IMG/VR virus record: IMGVR_UViG_3300020045_008475
Span: 1 to 44,806 of that record
Origin: a virus
Lineage: Duplodnaviria > Caudoviricetes
Length of the DNA stretch: 44,806 bases
Reading direction: 5' to 3' (one strand)
Shown here: in pieces, positions 38,114-44,806 of the stretch
How positions within the stretch are numbered: position 1 is the first letter of the stretch
How the letters are laid out: the number at the start of each line of letters is the position of its first letter
The notes under the pieces: model-generated
Seen by the model: only the letters and a program-made list of their open reading frames with translations
Database searches by the model: none
Told to the model about the DNA's origin: nothing
Made by a program: the position numbers and the translations under genes

Positions 38114-38194
38114 TTTATATTCATTCTTAACACCTAACTCCCTACATTTGACATATCGATTAGTAACCCGCCCTCATCGATTTGAGGGCTTTTT
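38113..38194 (+). promoter_or_regulatory. Box + promoter + pseudoknot leader
   Basis: Box 38113-38131; TACATTTG 38143-38150; ATCGAT 38155-38160 complementary to ATCGAT 38176-38181 at GCCCTCA/TGAGGGC hairpin followed by T-run. Confidence 0.75.
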
Positions 38195-38207
38195 AATTTT
38201 GAGAGGT

Positions 38208-38426
38208 ATGGAGGCGAAGGAAATAAAACAAAATGTAGAATTACTTTCAAATGGAAAAATGTTTGTCATACCAGAATCAGACTATGGCAAGGCTGAGATT
38301 TGGAGAGTGAACGATTTATATGTGGTATTTGAAATACCGTGGCTTGGTGGCAAGCCTATGTTTTTCAAAACTTACAGGGTTTCGCAAATTGAAGAAATGA
38401 TATTGGAAATACTTTCATTAACTTAA
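38208..38426 (+). CDS. Hypothetical protein (moron)
   Basis: ATG 38208 after leader; FEIPWLGG motif. Confidence 0.7.
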   Translation: MEAKEIKQNVELLSNGKMFVIPESDYGKAEIWRVNDLYVVFEIPWLGGKPMFFKTYRVSQIEEMILEILSLT

Positions 38427-38462
38427 ATACTGGCAAGAAGTCAAACAACACATACAGGAATT

Positions 38463-38657
38463 ATGAAACACACAAGTAAGTACTACAAAGACAGAAACTT
38501 TGATGCAAATTCAAATATCTCGGTTGAAATACGCGTTGATGATTTGAAAAAATTGAAGCAATGGACTGGATTACAGCGCAAAGAGGCTGTTGACTTTCTA
38601 GAAAAATTTAAAGAACAAATAGAAATACAAATACACCACATTAATAAAATAAGTTAA
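38463..38657 (+). CDS. Hypothetical protein
   Basis: 64-aa AT-rich ORF. Confidence 0.6.
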   Translation: MKHTSKYYKDRNFDANSNISVEIRVDDLKKLKQWTGLQRKEAVDFLEKFKEQIEIQIHHINKIS

Positions 38658-38659
38658 TT

Positions 38660-38983
38660 ATGCAAATAACAACCACCGACAAACTACCAAATTGGCTTAG
38701 AACAATTATAGCAGTACTTGCAATATTTGGGCTTACACTATTGGTATACTATATAGCCAGATCTTGTGAACCCCAACCCGCCCTGACCGACAACGGGCAA
38801 AAGGAACGGAAAGAAGCGGATAGCATTAAGGCTGAAATAAAGACCGCCAACGCAACTGCAATCACAAAGGCAGACAATCACGTAGCAAAAGCAAAAGAAG
38901 CCGTAAAACGCGCCAATTTGCCCCGTAAGGTGATTGTTGATCCGAGTGTTGAGCAGATGGGTGTGGATTTGGTTAATTATTAA
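38660..38983 (+). CDS. Possible spanin-like membrane protein
   Basis: N-terminal TM ending ARSC, then coiled coil; downstream of endolysin. Confidence 0.45.
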   Translation: MQITTTDKLPNWLRTIIAVLAIFGLTLLVYYIARSCEPQPALTDNGQKERKEADSIKAEIKTANATAITKADNHVAKAKEAVKRANLPRKVIVDPSVEQMGVDLVNY

Positions 38984-39000
38984 TTTAAAAACGAAATAAA

Positions 39001-39255
39001 ATGAAAATGGCATACATTATTCTTTGGAGTGCATTTACCGTGGCTATGATGCTATACATAGGAAAAACAACAATCAGCTTTTCACCTTTTAAGTTTTCTA
39101 TGCAAAAGCCTTATGATCTTGCGGGATTTATTTTGATTGGTGTTGCCTTAGGGTGTTTCAAATATCAATCTTATTCCGAAGGATTTGATAAAGGCGTGAG
39201 CAAAGCCACTGATTGCGTAAAAGAACAGGTTAAACAAATATTAGAAGAAAAATGA
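39001..39255 (+). CDS. Small membrane protein
   Basis: Two hydrophobic segments; AT-rich. Confidence 0.6.
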   Translation: MKMAYIILWSAFTVAMMLYIGKTTISFSPFKFSMQKPYDLAGFILIGVALGCFKYQSYSEGFDKGVSKATDCVKEQVKQILEEK

Positions 39256-39647
39256 AAAAAATCCTATTCCTCCTACTCCCCGCAATCACATTAGCCCAAT
39301 CCAATTTCACGGCAGACGGCAAACACCTTTTGCTCCCAATAGAGAAAGTGCCTATCATCTGGCGCGACCTTCAAAACGGCAAGCAATGTGAACTTGAAGT
39401 GAGACGTAAGCAGGCTGCAATTGACACGCTTTCCGCTATTGTAACGACAATGGCAAGGGAAACGAAAGAACACATTGGCTGGATCAATGACTTGTCGAAC
39501 CAACGCGATCTTTTGCTCGAGCAAGCCGCTGCAAAGGAAGTGAAAACCGCTGTTGTGGTTGATCGAAAAAAGTGGTATCGGTCGCCATGGTTGTACTTGG
39601 TCGTTGGCGCAGTTGGTGGTGGATGGATTGTTAATAGCGTGAAGTGA
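39252..39647 (+). CDS. Possible spanin-like protein
   Basis: Signal peptide, coiled coil, C-terminal hydrophobic segment KKWYRSPWLYLVVGAVGG. Confidence 0.5.
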   Translation: MKKILFLLLPAITLAQSNFTADGKHLLLPIEKVPIIWRDLQNGKQCELEVRRKQAAIDTLSAIVTTMARETKEHIGWINDLSNQRDLLLEQAAAKEVKTAVVVDRKKWYRSPWLYLVVGAVGGGWIVNSVK

Positions 39648-39856
39648 TGGCGAGAACCTTATTCATAAGCAAGGCGGCGATGAATTCAATCGAAAAAACA
39701 GAATTAGACAAACAAAATCAAGTGCTGCACCTTAAACTTATTGCCCCACAAAAGGTCTTGGCGGACAACAAGATGCTTGACAAGTTAACAGCAAATCAGC
39801 ACCAGAAGATACGCCAATTCATAAAGGATTATCAAGACCAATTCCCCGAAAAGTGA
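39644..39856 (+). CDS. Hypothetical protein
   Basis: Overlapping start and stop. Confidence 0.55.
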   Translation: MMARTLFISKAAMNSIEKTELDKQNQVLHLKLIAPQKVLADNKMLDKLTANQHQKIRQFIKDYQDQFPEK

Positions 39857-39978
39857 AATGGCTTTACGTTAAAAAGACCAATGTAAAAAACAAATTCAAG
39901 GAGTTTGACGAAGCAGAACGCCTGCGCGAGATCAAGCGGCTCTCAAAGGCGATAAACAACCATAAGCATAATAGGTAA
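39853..39978 (+). CDS. Small basic protein (41 aa, not in ORF track)
   Basis: GTGA-coupled, MKWLYVKKTNVKNKF... Confidence 0.45.
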   Translation: MKWLYVKKTNVKNKFKEFDEAERLREIKRLSKAINNHKHNR

Positions 39979-39997
39979 CTTAATAAATAATCATACA

Positions 39998-40180
39998 ATG
40001 TTAAATCCAAAAACAGCGCAAAGACAATGGTCGCGCAAAACAAGAGCAAAACACAAAATGAACAACACACAGGGTTTTAGGTGCATTGTTTCAAAGATCG
40101 GGGCGTTGTCTTTCATGAAGTATCACGGCATTCGCCAAACAATCGGAAACAAGCAAATTGAACACTTGGTTTTACAGTAG
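39998..40180 (+). CDS. Small basic hypothetical protein
   Basis: Last ORF before terminator. Confidence 0.5.
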   Translation: MLNPKTAQRQWSRKTRAKHKMNNTQGFRCIVSKIGALSFMKYHGIRQTIGNKQIEHLVLQ

Positions 40181-40200
40181 ATTAACCCTACAAATACCAC

Positions 40201-40230
40201 AAGCCGCTTTTTAATCGAAGCGGTTTTTTT
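40201..40230 (+). terminator. Intrinsic terminator ending late region
   Basis: AAGCCGCTT...AAGCGGTTT followed by T-run. Confidence 0.85.
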
Positions 40231-40302
40231 ATTTATAATGATTCTATATTATTCAAAAACTTGCAAAATAATTTGGTATGTTTATAAAAACTTGTAAATT
40301 TA
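40231..40302 (+). promoter_or_regulatory. Inverted-repeat box and early promoter
   Basis: ATTTATAATGATTCTATAT 40231-40249; TTTG...TAAATTTA 40295-40302. Confidence 0.55.
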
Positions 40303-40322
40303 CATAATCAAATAAAAACAAT

Positions 40323-40559
40323 ATGACAACAAAAGCACTAATGGAAAAAATAGATTTGCAACTACTAGAAATGGGTATTGGCAAATCAAAACAAATTACG
40401 CAATTATCTTATATAAGCGGATTTCCAAAATCAAACTTTTATGCGTGGAGAACTGGAACCGAAATGAAGTTTTCGGAAGCCGTACATCTTTGTTCTAAAA
40501 TTGGATTGAATTTAAGCGAATTGTTAACCACTAACCCAACCACAAATGGAAACGAGTAA
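40323..40559 (+). CDS. XRE/Cro-like helix-turn-helix regulator
   Basis: ITQLSYISGFPKSNFYAWRTG...AVHLCSKIGLNLSEL. Confidence 0.7.
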   Translation: MTTKALMEKIDLQLLEMGIGKSKQITQLSYISGFPKSNFYAWRTGTEMKFSEAVHLCSKIGLNLSELLTTNPTTNGNE

Positions 40560-40845
40560 AGTACACCCCGCAATAGCCGCCTTGAATAACAGAAAAGAAT
40601 CGTATAAGCATGACGATTTTAAAACGTGCGTACAGTTGTGCATCGATTCAATCGAAGACATACTTACTGTTAAAACCGCACAACACCTCTCAACCCACGC
40701 CTCAATGTCAAAACGCATCGAACACCTAGAAACAGAGCTAAGGCTCATCGAGCATCAGGCAAGGTTGAACGAAACTGATTTCGGGAATTACATCGCTGAC
40801 TTGGCAACTAACGCTTTAGCGCCTTCGGGTGAAAAATTGAAATGA
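40546..40845 (+). CDS. Hypothetical protein
   Basis: 99 aa, coiled coil. Confidence 0.6.
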   Translation: METSKVHPAIAALNNRKESYKHDDFKTCVQLCIDSIEDILTVKTAQHLSTHASMSKRIEHLETELRLIEHQARLNETDFGNYIADLATNALAPSGEKLK

Positions 40846-40846
40846 T

Positions 40847-41311
40847 ATGAAAGACAAAGGATATTTTGGAATTGGAATACTACACGGCAAAACCCCAATG
40901 AATTATGGAACGCTTTACAGAACTGCACAAATCCTAAATGCTGACTTTATTTTTATGATTGGCGCAAAATTTAAGGTTCAAGCAACTGATACTATGAATA
41001 GCAGTAAGCACTTACCGTTATTTCAGTATAAGGATTTTGCAGACTTCAACGAACACAGGCCTTACGGGTGTCCGCTTATTGGAATTGAACTTGACGACAG
41101 GGCAATTCCGCTACACTCTTTTACTCACCCTAAGCAAGGTTGTTACCTACTGGGCGCAGAAGACAACGGTTTGTCAAAAGAAGCAATTTTGGCTTGTCAA
41201 CATCTAATTTATTTACCTGGGGAAAGAAGCATGAATGTTTCTGTTGCAGGATCAATTGTAATTTATGATAGGGTTGTGAAAATGCACAGTAATCCCTCAC
41301 ACCAACAATAA
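40847..41311 (+). CDS. SpoU/TrmH-family RNA 2'-O-methyltransferase (minimal SPOUT domain)
   Basis: PMNYGTLYRTA motif 1, LLGAEDNGLS motif 2, LPG..SMNVSVAGSIVIYDR motif 3. Confidence 0.92.
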   Translation: MKDKGYFGIGILHGKTPMNYGTLYRTAQILNADFIFMIGAKFKVQATDTMNSSKHLPLFQYKDFADFNEHRPYGCPLIGIELDDRAIPLHSFTHPKQGCYLLGAEDNGLSKEAILACQHLIYLPGERSMNVSVAGSIVIYDRVVKMHSNPSHQQ

Positions 41312-41402
41312 CCCTCCCGACAAGGGAATAAATAACACTGAAATTACCCCTGCTTCAATCGGGGAATAACAATCACTTAATAAACAACTTAAAATATAGA
41401 TT

Positions 41403-41645
41403 ATGAAACAATCAGGAAAATTATCTGGAAACACTTTTACCACCAAGTCTAACGGAGAAACCAAGTCTTACAATATTGAAGAAAAACATTCAGAGCGGAT
41501 TTTAAGTAACAGAGACAGCGACTTAGAAGACGTAAAATACATCCACACCACAATGGTTGCTATTGATGAATCTGGAAATCGCGCAGGAACTATAGAAAGC
41601 GGTGCTACAGGCAACTCTTTCGTATTGAATACAAATACAAAGTAA
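41403..41645 (+). CDS. Hypothetical protein
   Basis: 80-aa ORF. Confidence 0.65.
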   Translation: MKQSGKLSGNTFTTKSNGETKSYNIEEKHSERILSNRDSDLEDVKYIHTTMVAIDESGNRAGTIESGATGNSFVLNTNTK

Positions 41646-41697
41646 GTAACCCGCCCTTTTCAATCTAAGGGAAAACAATAATTAAAAAATAGGAGAA

Positions 41698-41853
41698 ATG
41701 AAACTTTCAATTTATAAGTCAAAGAATAAACTTATGGGGCAATATGTTGCCACAATAGATTTTTCAAACACGCAAGTCCAAATTATTTCAGATACAAAAA
41801 AAGAGCTTGACACAGTACTTAAGTCTGTCAAACCAATACTAAAATCCCTATGA
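41698..41853 (+). CDS. Small hypothetical protein (51 aa, not in ORF track)
   Basis: MKLSIYKSKNKL...; ATGA overlap with next gene. Confidence 0.55.
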   Translation: MKLSIYKSKNKLMGQYVATIDFSNTQVQIISDTKKELDTVLKSVKPILKSL

Positions 41854-42168
41854 ACCCACTCATACCAAAACAAGAAGCGGAGAAAGCGGCAAGCAAAAAA
41901 GCACATCAAAAATACAAAAGTTGGAATGATGATCGAACGCTACCTTATCTGTCGGGATATATAGACGCTACCAACGCGGCAAAACGCAAAATTCAGCGAG
42001 GTTGTTCCTATGTTGGAGAAATCAGCGGAAATGTTGCAAGAAACAATATTGCAGATTGAATATTTGCACGAAAAGTTTACGCCAACAGGTTCAGGTAATT
42101 CGGTGTTATCGCAGGCAAAATCCGCTTTATCCGATCTCAACGAACTTTTAAATAAACAAAACGATTAA
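41850..42168 (+). pseudogene. Probably one gene split by a 1-nt frameshift near 41981-41984
   Basis: ...YLSGYIDATNAA continues as NAKFSEVVPMLEK...QIEYLHEKFTPTGSGN...QND* if one A is removed. Confidence 0.45.
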
Positions 42169-42170
42169 AA

Positions 42171-42362
42171 ATGAGAACACACGGTCAAATTTCAGACGGC
42201 AAAATACTTACTTATGAAGACTTTTCAAAAGAAGTTGCCACTAGATTAAAAAGGTACATAGTTAGTAATTATAAACTTTCTGGAAAGCTATGTAAGAAAC
42301 TTTATAACAAGGGGTATTCAGTAGAAGATACCTGTTCATTTTTAATATTAAACTCAAAATGA
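42171..42362 (+). CDS. Hypothetical protein
   Basis: 63-aa ORF. Confidence 0.6.
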   Translation: MRTHGQISDGKILTYEDFSKEVATRLKRYIVSNYKLSGKLCKKLYNKGYSVEDTCSFLILNSK

Positions 42363-42580
42363 TGCAAACAATAATTCAATTAACATATGACGGCAAAAAT
42401 CACCTTAATCCGTATGAAGTAATTGTTACACTTCCTTTTTTGTACGACACACCTATTAATGCAGAACTTACTATAAAAAGTCGAAAGTGTATTATAAATA
42501 ATACTTTGGATGTGATAAATGAAGATGGAGAAATTAAACGACTATTAAGGGTTCACTATATTGAATATCAATCAAAATGA
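42359..42580 (+). CDS. Hypothetical protein
   Basis: ATGA-coupled. Confidence 0.55.
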   Translation: MMQTIIQLTYDGKNHLNPYEVIVTLPFLYDTPINAELTIKSRKCIINNTLDVINEDGEIKRLLRVHYIEYQSK

Positions 42581-43032
42581 TCACAAAACAACACGCCTCC
42601 GAAGCCTTTGGATATGGGTATAGGATTGAATTAAATGGAGACCTCGTTACCCCTTACGAGCTTAGGGATAATTGGATGTTGGCCAGGAATAAAGACGGCT
42701 ATTCATGTGTAATATATTTTAAAGACTTCGGAACCGACGCATTCATCCTATGCCGCCCATTTTCACACCTAACGAAAGAAATAACCGTTGAGGGAGAAAC
42801 ATTTGTTCCGATCGTTGAACTGGCTAAGATTGCTTATCCTATGTCAAAATGGGTTATGAGAAACGGACGCTGCGAGGATAACAAAAATTGGTCTTTTACT
42901 TATTCTTATGGCGCTTTCAAGAAACTAGGGACACTCGTTAATTTAGTTCCAGATCAAACTAAACTATTCACCAAGCTAAAACAATGGCACTTTTCATTTT
43001 TTGACGATAGCGTGGTTAAATGGATGGAATAA
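42577..43032 (+). CDS. Hypothetical Bacteroidota phage protein
   Basis: ILCRPFSHLTKEITVEGETFVPIVEL...KLKQWHF pattern. Confidence 0.75.
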   Translation: MITKQHASEAFGYGYRIELNGDLVTPYELRDNWMLARNKDGYSCVIYFKDFGTDAFILCRPFSHLTKEITVEGETFVPIVELAKIAYPMSKWVMRNGRCEDNKNWSFTYSYGAFKKLGTLVNLVPDQTKLFTKLKQWHFSFFDDSVVKWME

Positions 43033-43069
43033 CTTAAAAAAATAATTATTAATTAAAAAACAAAAAAAC

Positions 43070-43399
43070 ATGTCAGAATTGCTAAATGCCGCATCCAGAA
43101 AATTAGAAACTTTAAACGAATTAAAAAACCTAGCCGTTAAACTTGGTCAATATGAACTAGGAGCGGAATGTAGGAAATTAGAAAAAGAATTGTTTCCAGA
43201 AACAGATGCAGAAATATCTGCAAAGGAAAAGGCCTGCAAATTAAATCTGGTATTTCGTATGGTTGAGTTAAATATTGAACCAGAAATTTGCTTTAGAATT
43301 TCACAAACACTCGACCTTTTTAAAAAGAAAAAAGGAAAATTTGACTTAATGGACGCGTCAAAAATAGTTGTTGAAAGCCAAGATTTGTTTAAAAGATAA
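43070..43399 (+). CDS. Hypothetical protein with UvrB/UvrC-like coiled-coil motif
   Basis: LKNLAVKLGQYELGAECRKLEK. Confidence 0.65.
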   Translation: MSELLNAASRKLETLNELKNLAVKLGQYELGAECRKLEKELFPETDAEISAKEKACKLNLVFRMVELNIEPEICFRISQTLDLFKKKKGKFDLMDASKIVVESQDLFKR

Positions 43400-43442
43400 C
43401 CAACCCCTTTCCATTCACACGGATGGGATAAAATTTAAAGAT

Positions 43443-43898
43443 ATGAAAATAACAGATTTGACAGAGAAAGACGCGGTGCATTGCGCGACGCAAGAAGAGT
43501 TTAACAGGGTTATTTTGCTAATACCTAATAATAGTTTAGAAAAAAATATTTTTGGTTACTTTGGCGACGACGACACCTGCATTTCAGATTTTGACCAAAG
43601 GGGAGAGTTTGAAAGACTGAGTTGGTACAAGTCTAACGGCTACAACATCATCCCATCCGAGCAAATCACAGACACCGTTGAAAGCGATCATAAGTGCCAG
43701 CCAATTGTAAATGCCGATTGGACACATTTGACTTGCGATTGCGGTAAGCGTTATCTGCCTGGTGAATCACAACCATCCCCCGACAAATCAGCGTTGCTCG
43801 ATGAAGCGGTTGAATTGCTTAACCTTTGCAAGAAAATATTGCCTAAATATATGCAATTAAACATTGATGATTTCCTAACCAAATACAACGCAAAATGA
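43443..43898 (+). CDS. Hypothetical protein
   Basis: ATG 43443; AVHCATQEE motif. Confidence 0.7.
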   Translation: MKITDLTEKDAVHCATQEEFNRVILLIPNNSLEKNIFGYFGDDDTCISDFDQRGEFERLSWYKSNGYNIIPSEQITDTVESDHKCQPIVNADWTHLTCDCGKRYLPGESQPSPDKSALLDEAVELLNLCKKILPKYMQLNIDDFLTKYNAK

Positions 43899-44098
43899 AA
43901 AGAAAATACACCAGAATTGGAGAAAACCCTGTAGCTTATGAATGCTGTAAAAAGAACTGTAAATGGCAAGGTTTACACTCTGAAAAATATAATGTTTTAA
44001 CCAACCCAGAATACGGTGAACGAACTGAAGTTTGTCCTGAATGCGGTAATGATATTTTTTACGGATTACTTGAATTGCCTAAAATAAAATCAAAATGA
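43895..44098 (+). CDS. Small Zn-ribbon-like protein
   Basis: CCKKNCKWQG...VCPECGND. Confidence 0.7.
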   Translation: MKRKYTRIGENPVAYECCKKNCKWQGLHSEKYNVLTNPEYGERTEVCPECGNDIFYGLLELPKIKSK

Positions 44099-44508
44099 CA
44101 AAAATAGAAAAAGTGCAGTTCTTTGCGCAGTACTGGGGACAGAAAGTGGGCTGTACAAAATACACGGACGGAATGTTGATTGGAAAATCAAACTTTGGCA
44201 ACATAGAATGGTTAAAACTCACCCGACTTGAATATATTACAGATGAGGATGCGATTGCTGTTCTGCATATTTTAAGCACCCAAGCAAAGGACAAGTACAC
44301 AGATAGTCAGTTGATTGAAATAAAGCACAGTATTTGTGAATTATTTTCTGATTCGCTTAAGATTGATGAAATTGTAGGCGATACTTTAATTATAAAGTTT
44401 TTTGAAGCCTACGACTACCTCCGCTCCAAATCATACCTTTTGCCCTGGCGAAATTACACCGTAGAGCAACTGATTGAAGAAGGCATTGTTAAAACCAGAC
44501 AGCTATGA
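44095..44508 (+). CDS. Hypothetical Bacteroidota phage protein
   Basis: FFAQYWGQKV...ITDEDAI...DYLRSKSYLLPW pattern. Confidence 0.75.
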   Translation: MTKIEKVQFFAQYWGQKVGCTKYTDGMLIGKSNFGNIEWLKLTRLEYITDEDAIAVLHILSTQAKDKYTDSQLIEIKHSICELFSDSLKIDEIVGDTLIIKFFEAYDYLRSKSYLLPWRNYTVEQLIEEGIVKTRQL

Positions 44509-44806
44509 TCCCCTTAAAAGACAACCTATTCGCTGTAATAGTGCCGAAAGAGGCGATAAATTTTAGCGACTTTTATTTTTGGGATTACCAATTGATGTAT
44601 GATGTTATTGAGGATGTAGAAAGTCAACATATTGGTTTCAAATTCCAAATCCTCCTAACCGTAACCAAAGACGAAATCTTAGGAGATCCGAAAGATGTGT
44701 GCGAACCTTCTTACTTTCCCGCATTTGATTATTTGGGAGAGCCAGATAAGTATTTTTCATCCGAAGATCTGGTTTATGAATTACTGCAAAAGAATGATGT
44801 GTGGTT
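44505..44806 (+). CDS. 5' part of junction-spanning hypothetical protein (continues to 314)
   Basis: ATGA-coupled start; open through the terminal repeat. Confidence 0.75.
   Translation, partial: MIPLKDNLFAVIVPKEAINFSDFYFWDYQLMYDVIEDVESQHIGFKFQILLTVTKDEILGDPKDVCEPSYFPAFDYLGEPDKYFSSEDLVYELLQKNDVW
44686..44806. repeat. Terminal direct repeat copy 2 (circular assembly overlap)
   Basis: Identical to 1-121; unique genome length 44685 bp. Confidence 0.95.

Larger units (their letters stand above)
1..44806 (+). mobile_element. Complete Bacteroidota (probably Flavobacteriales) siphovirus-like phage genome
   Basis: Terminase, portal, HK97-type capsid, tape measure, lysis and replication modules; TAnnTTTG promoters; circular ends. 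Confidence 0.92.

Noticed and set aside
4362-38131. Boxes as dif/Xer or integron attC sites, or as CRISPR repeats
   Set aside because: No XerD-arm TTATGTTAAAT or GTTRRRY match, copies are dispersed, and fixed spacing to -7 boxes points to a transcriptional role.
2668-44300. Minus-strand and nested alternative-frame ORFs in the track
   Set aside because: They overlap well-supported + strand genes and show no recognisable motifs; treated as shadow ORFs.
1-44806. Stop-codon reassignment
   Set aside because: Core genes are full length in the standard code, TAA, TAG and TGA all end genes, and no suppressor tRNA is seen.

Overview
The window is an apparently complete, circularly assembled ~44.7 kb tailed (siphovirus-like) phage genome; bases 1-121 are repeated exactly at 44686-44806. 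TAnnTTTG promoters and the gene families present point to a Bacteroidota, probably Flavobacteriales, host. Every credible gene is on the + strand. Gene order is: small early genes (YopX, XRE-like HTH, SpoU/TrmH RNA methyltransferase); recombination/replication (RecT-like protein, SSB-like protein, SF2 helicase, primase-helicase, VRR-NUC, DNA methyltransferase); packaging and HK97-type head; tail; lysis (holin-like protein, GH73 endolysin). No integrase is recognisable. The most notable signals are non-coding. (1) A very compact, circularly permuted two-piece tmRNA gene with its own promoter and terminator at 34578-34889, tag (A)GKVISLNNAPLRAVA; the same genome carries an Rnl2-like RNA ligase and a SpoU methyltransferase, suggesting a translation-rescue/RNA-repair kit. 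(2) A 19-bp Fur-box-like inverted repeat exactly 11 nt upstream of six promoter -7 boxes. (3) At least seven 5' leaders sharing a kissing-loop/pseudoknot plus terminator-like fold, each with a different pairing sequence. (4) A candidate small antisense RNA complementary to translation starts. All calls are by eye; no searches were run.
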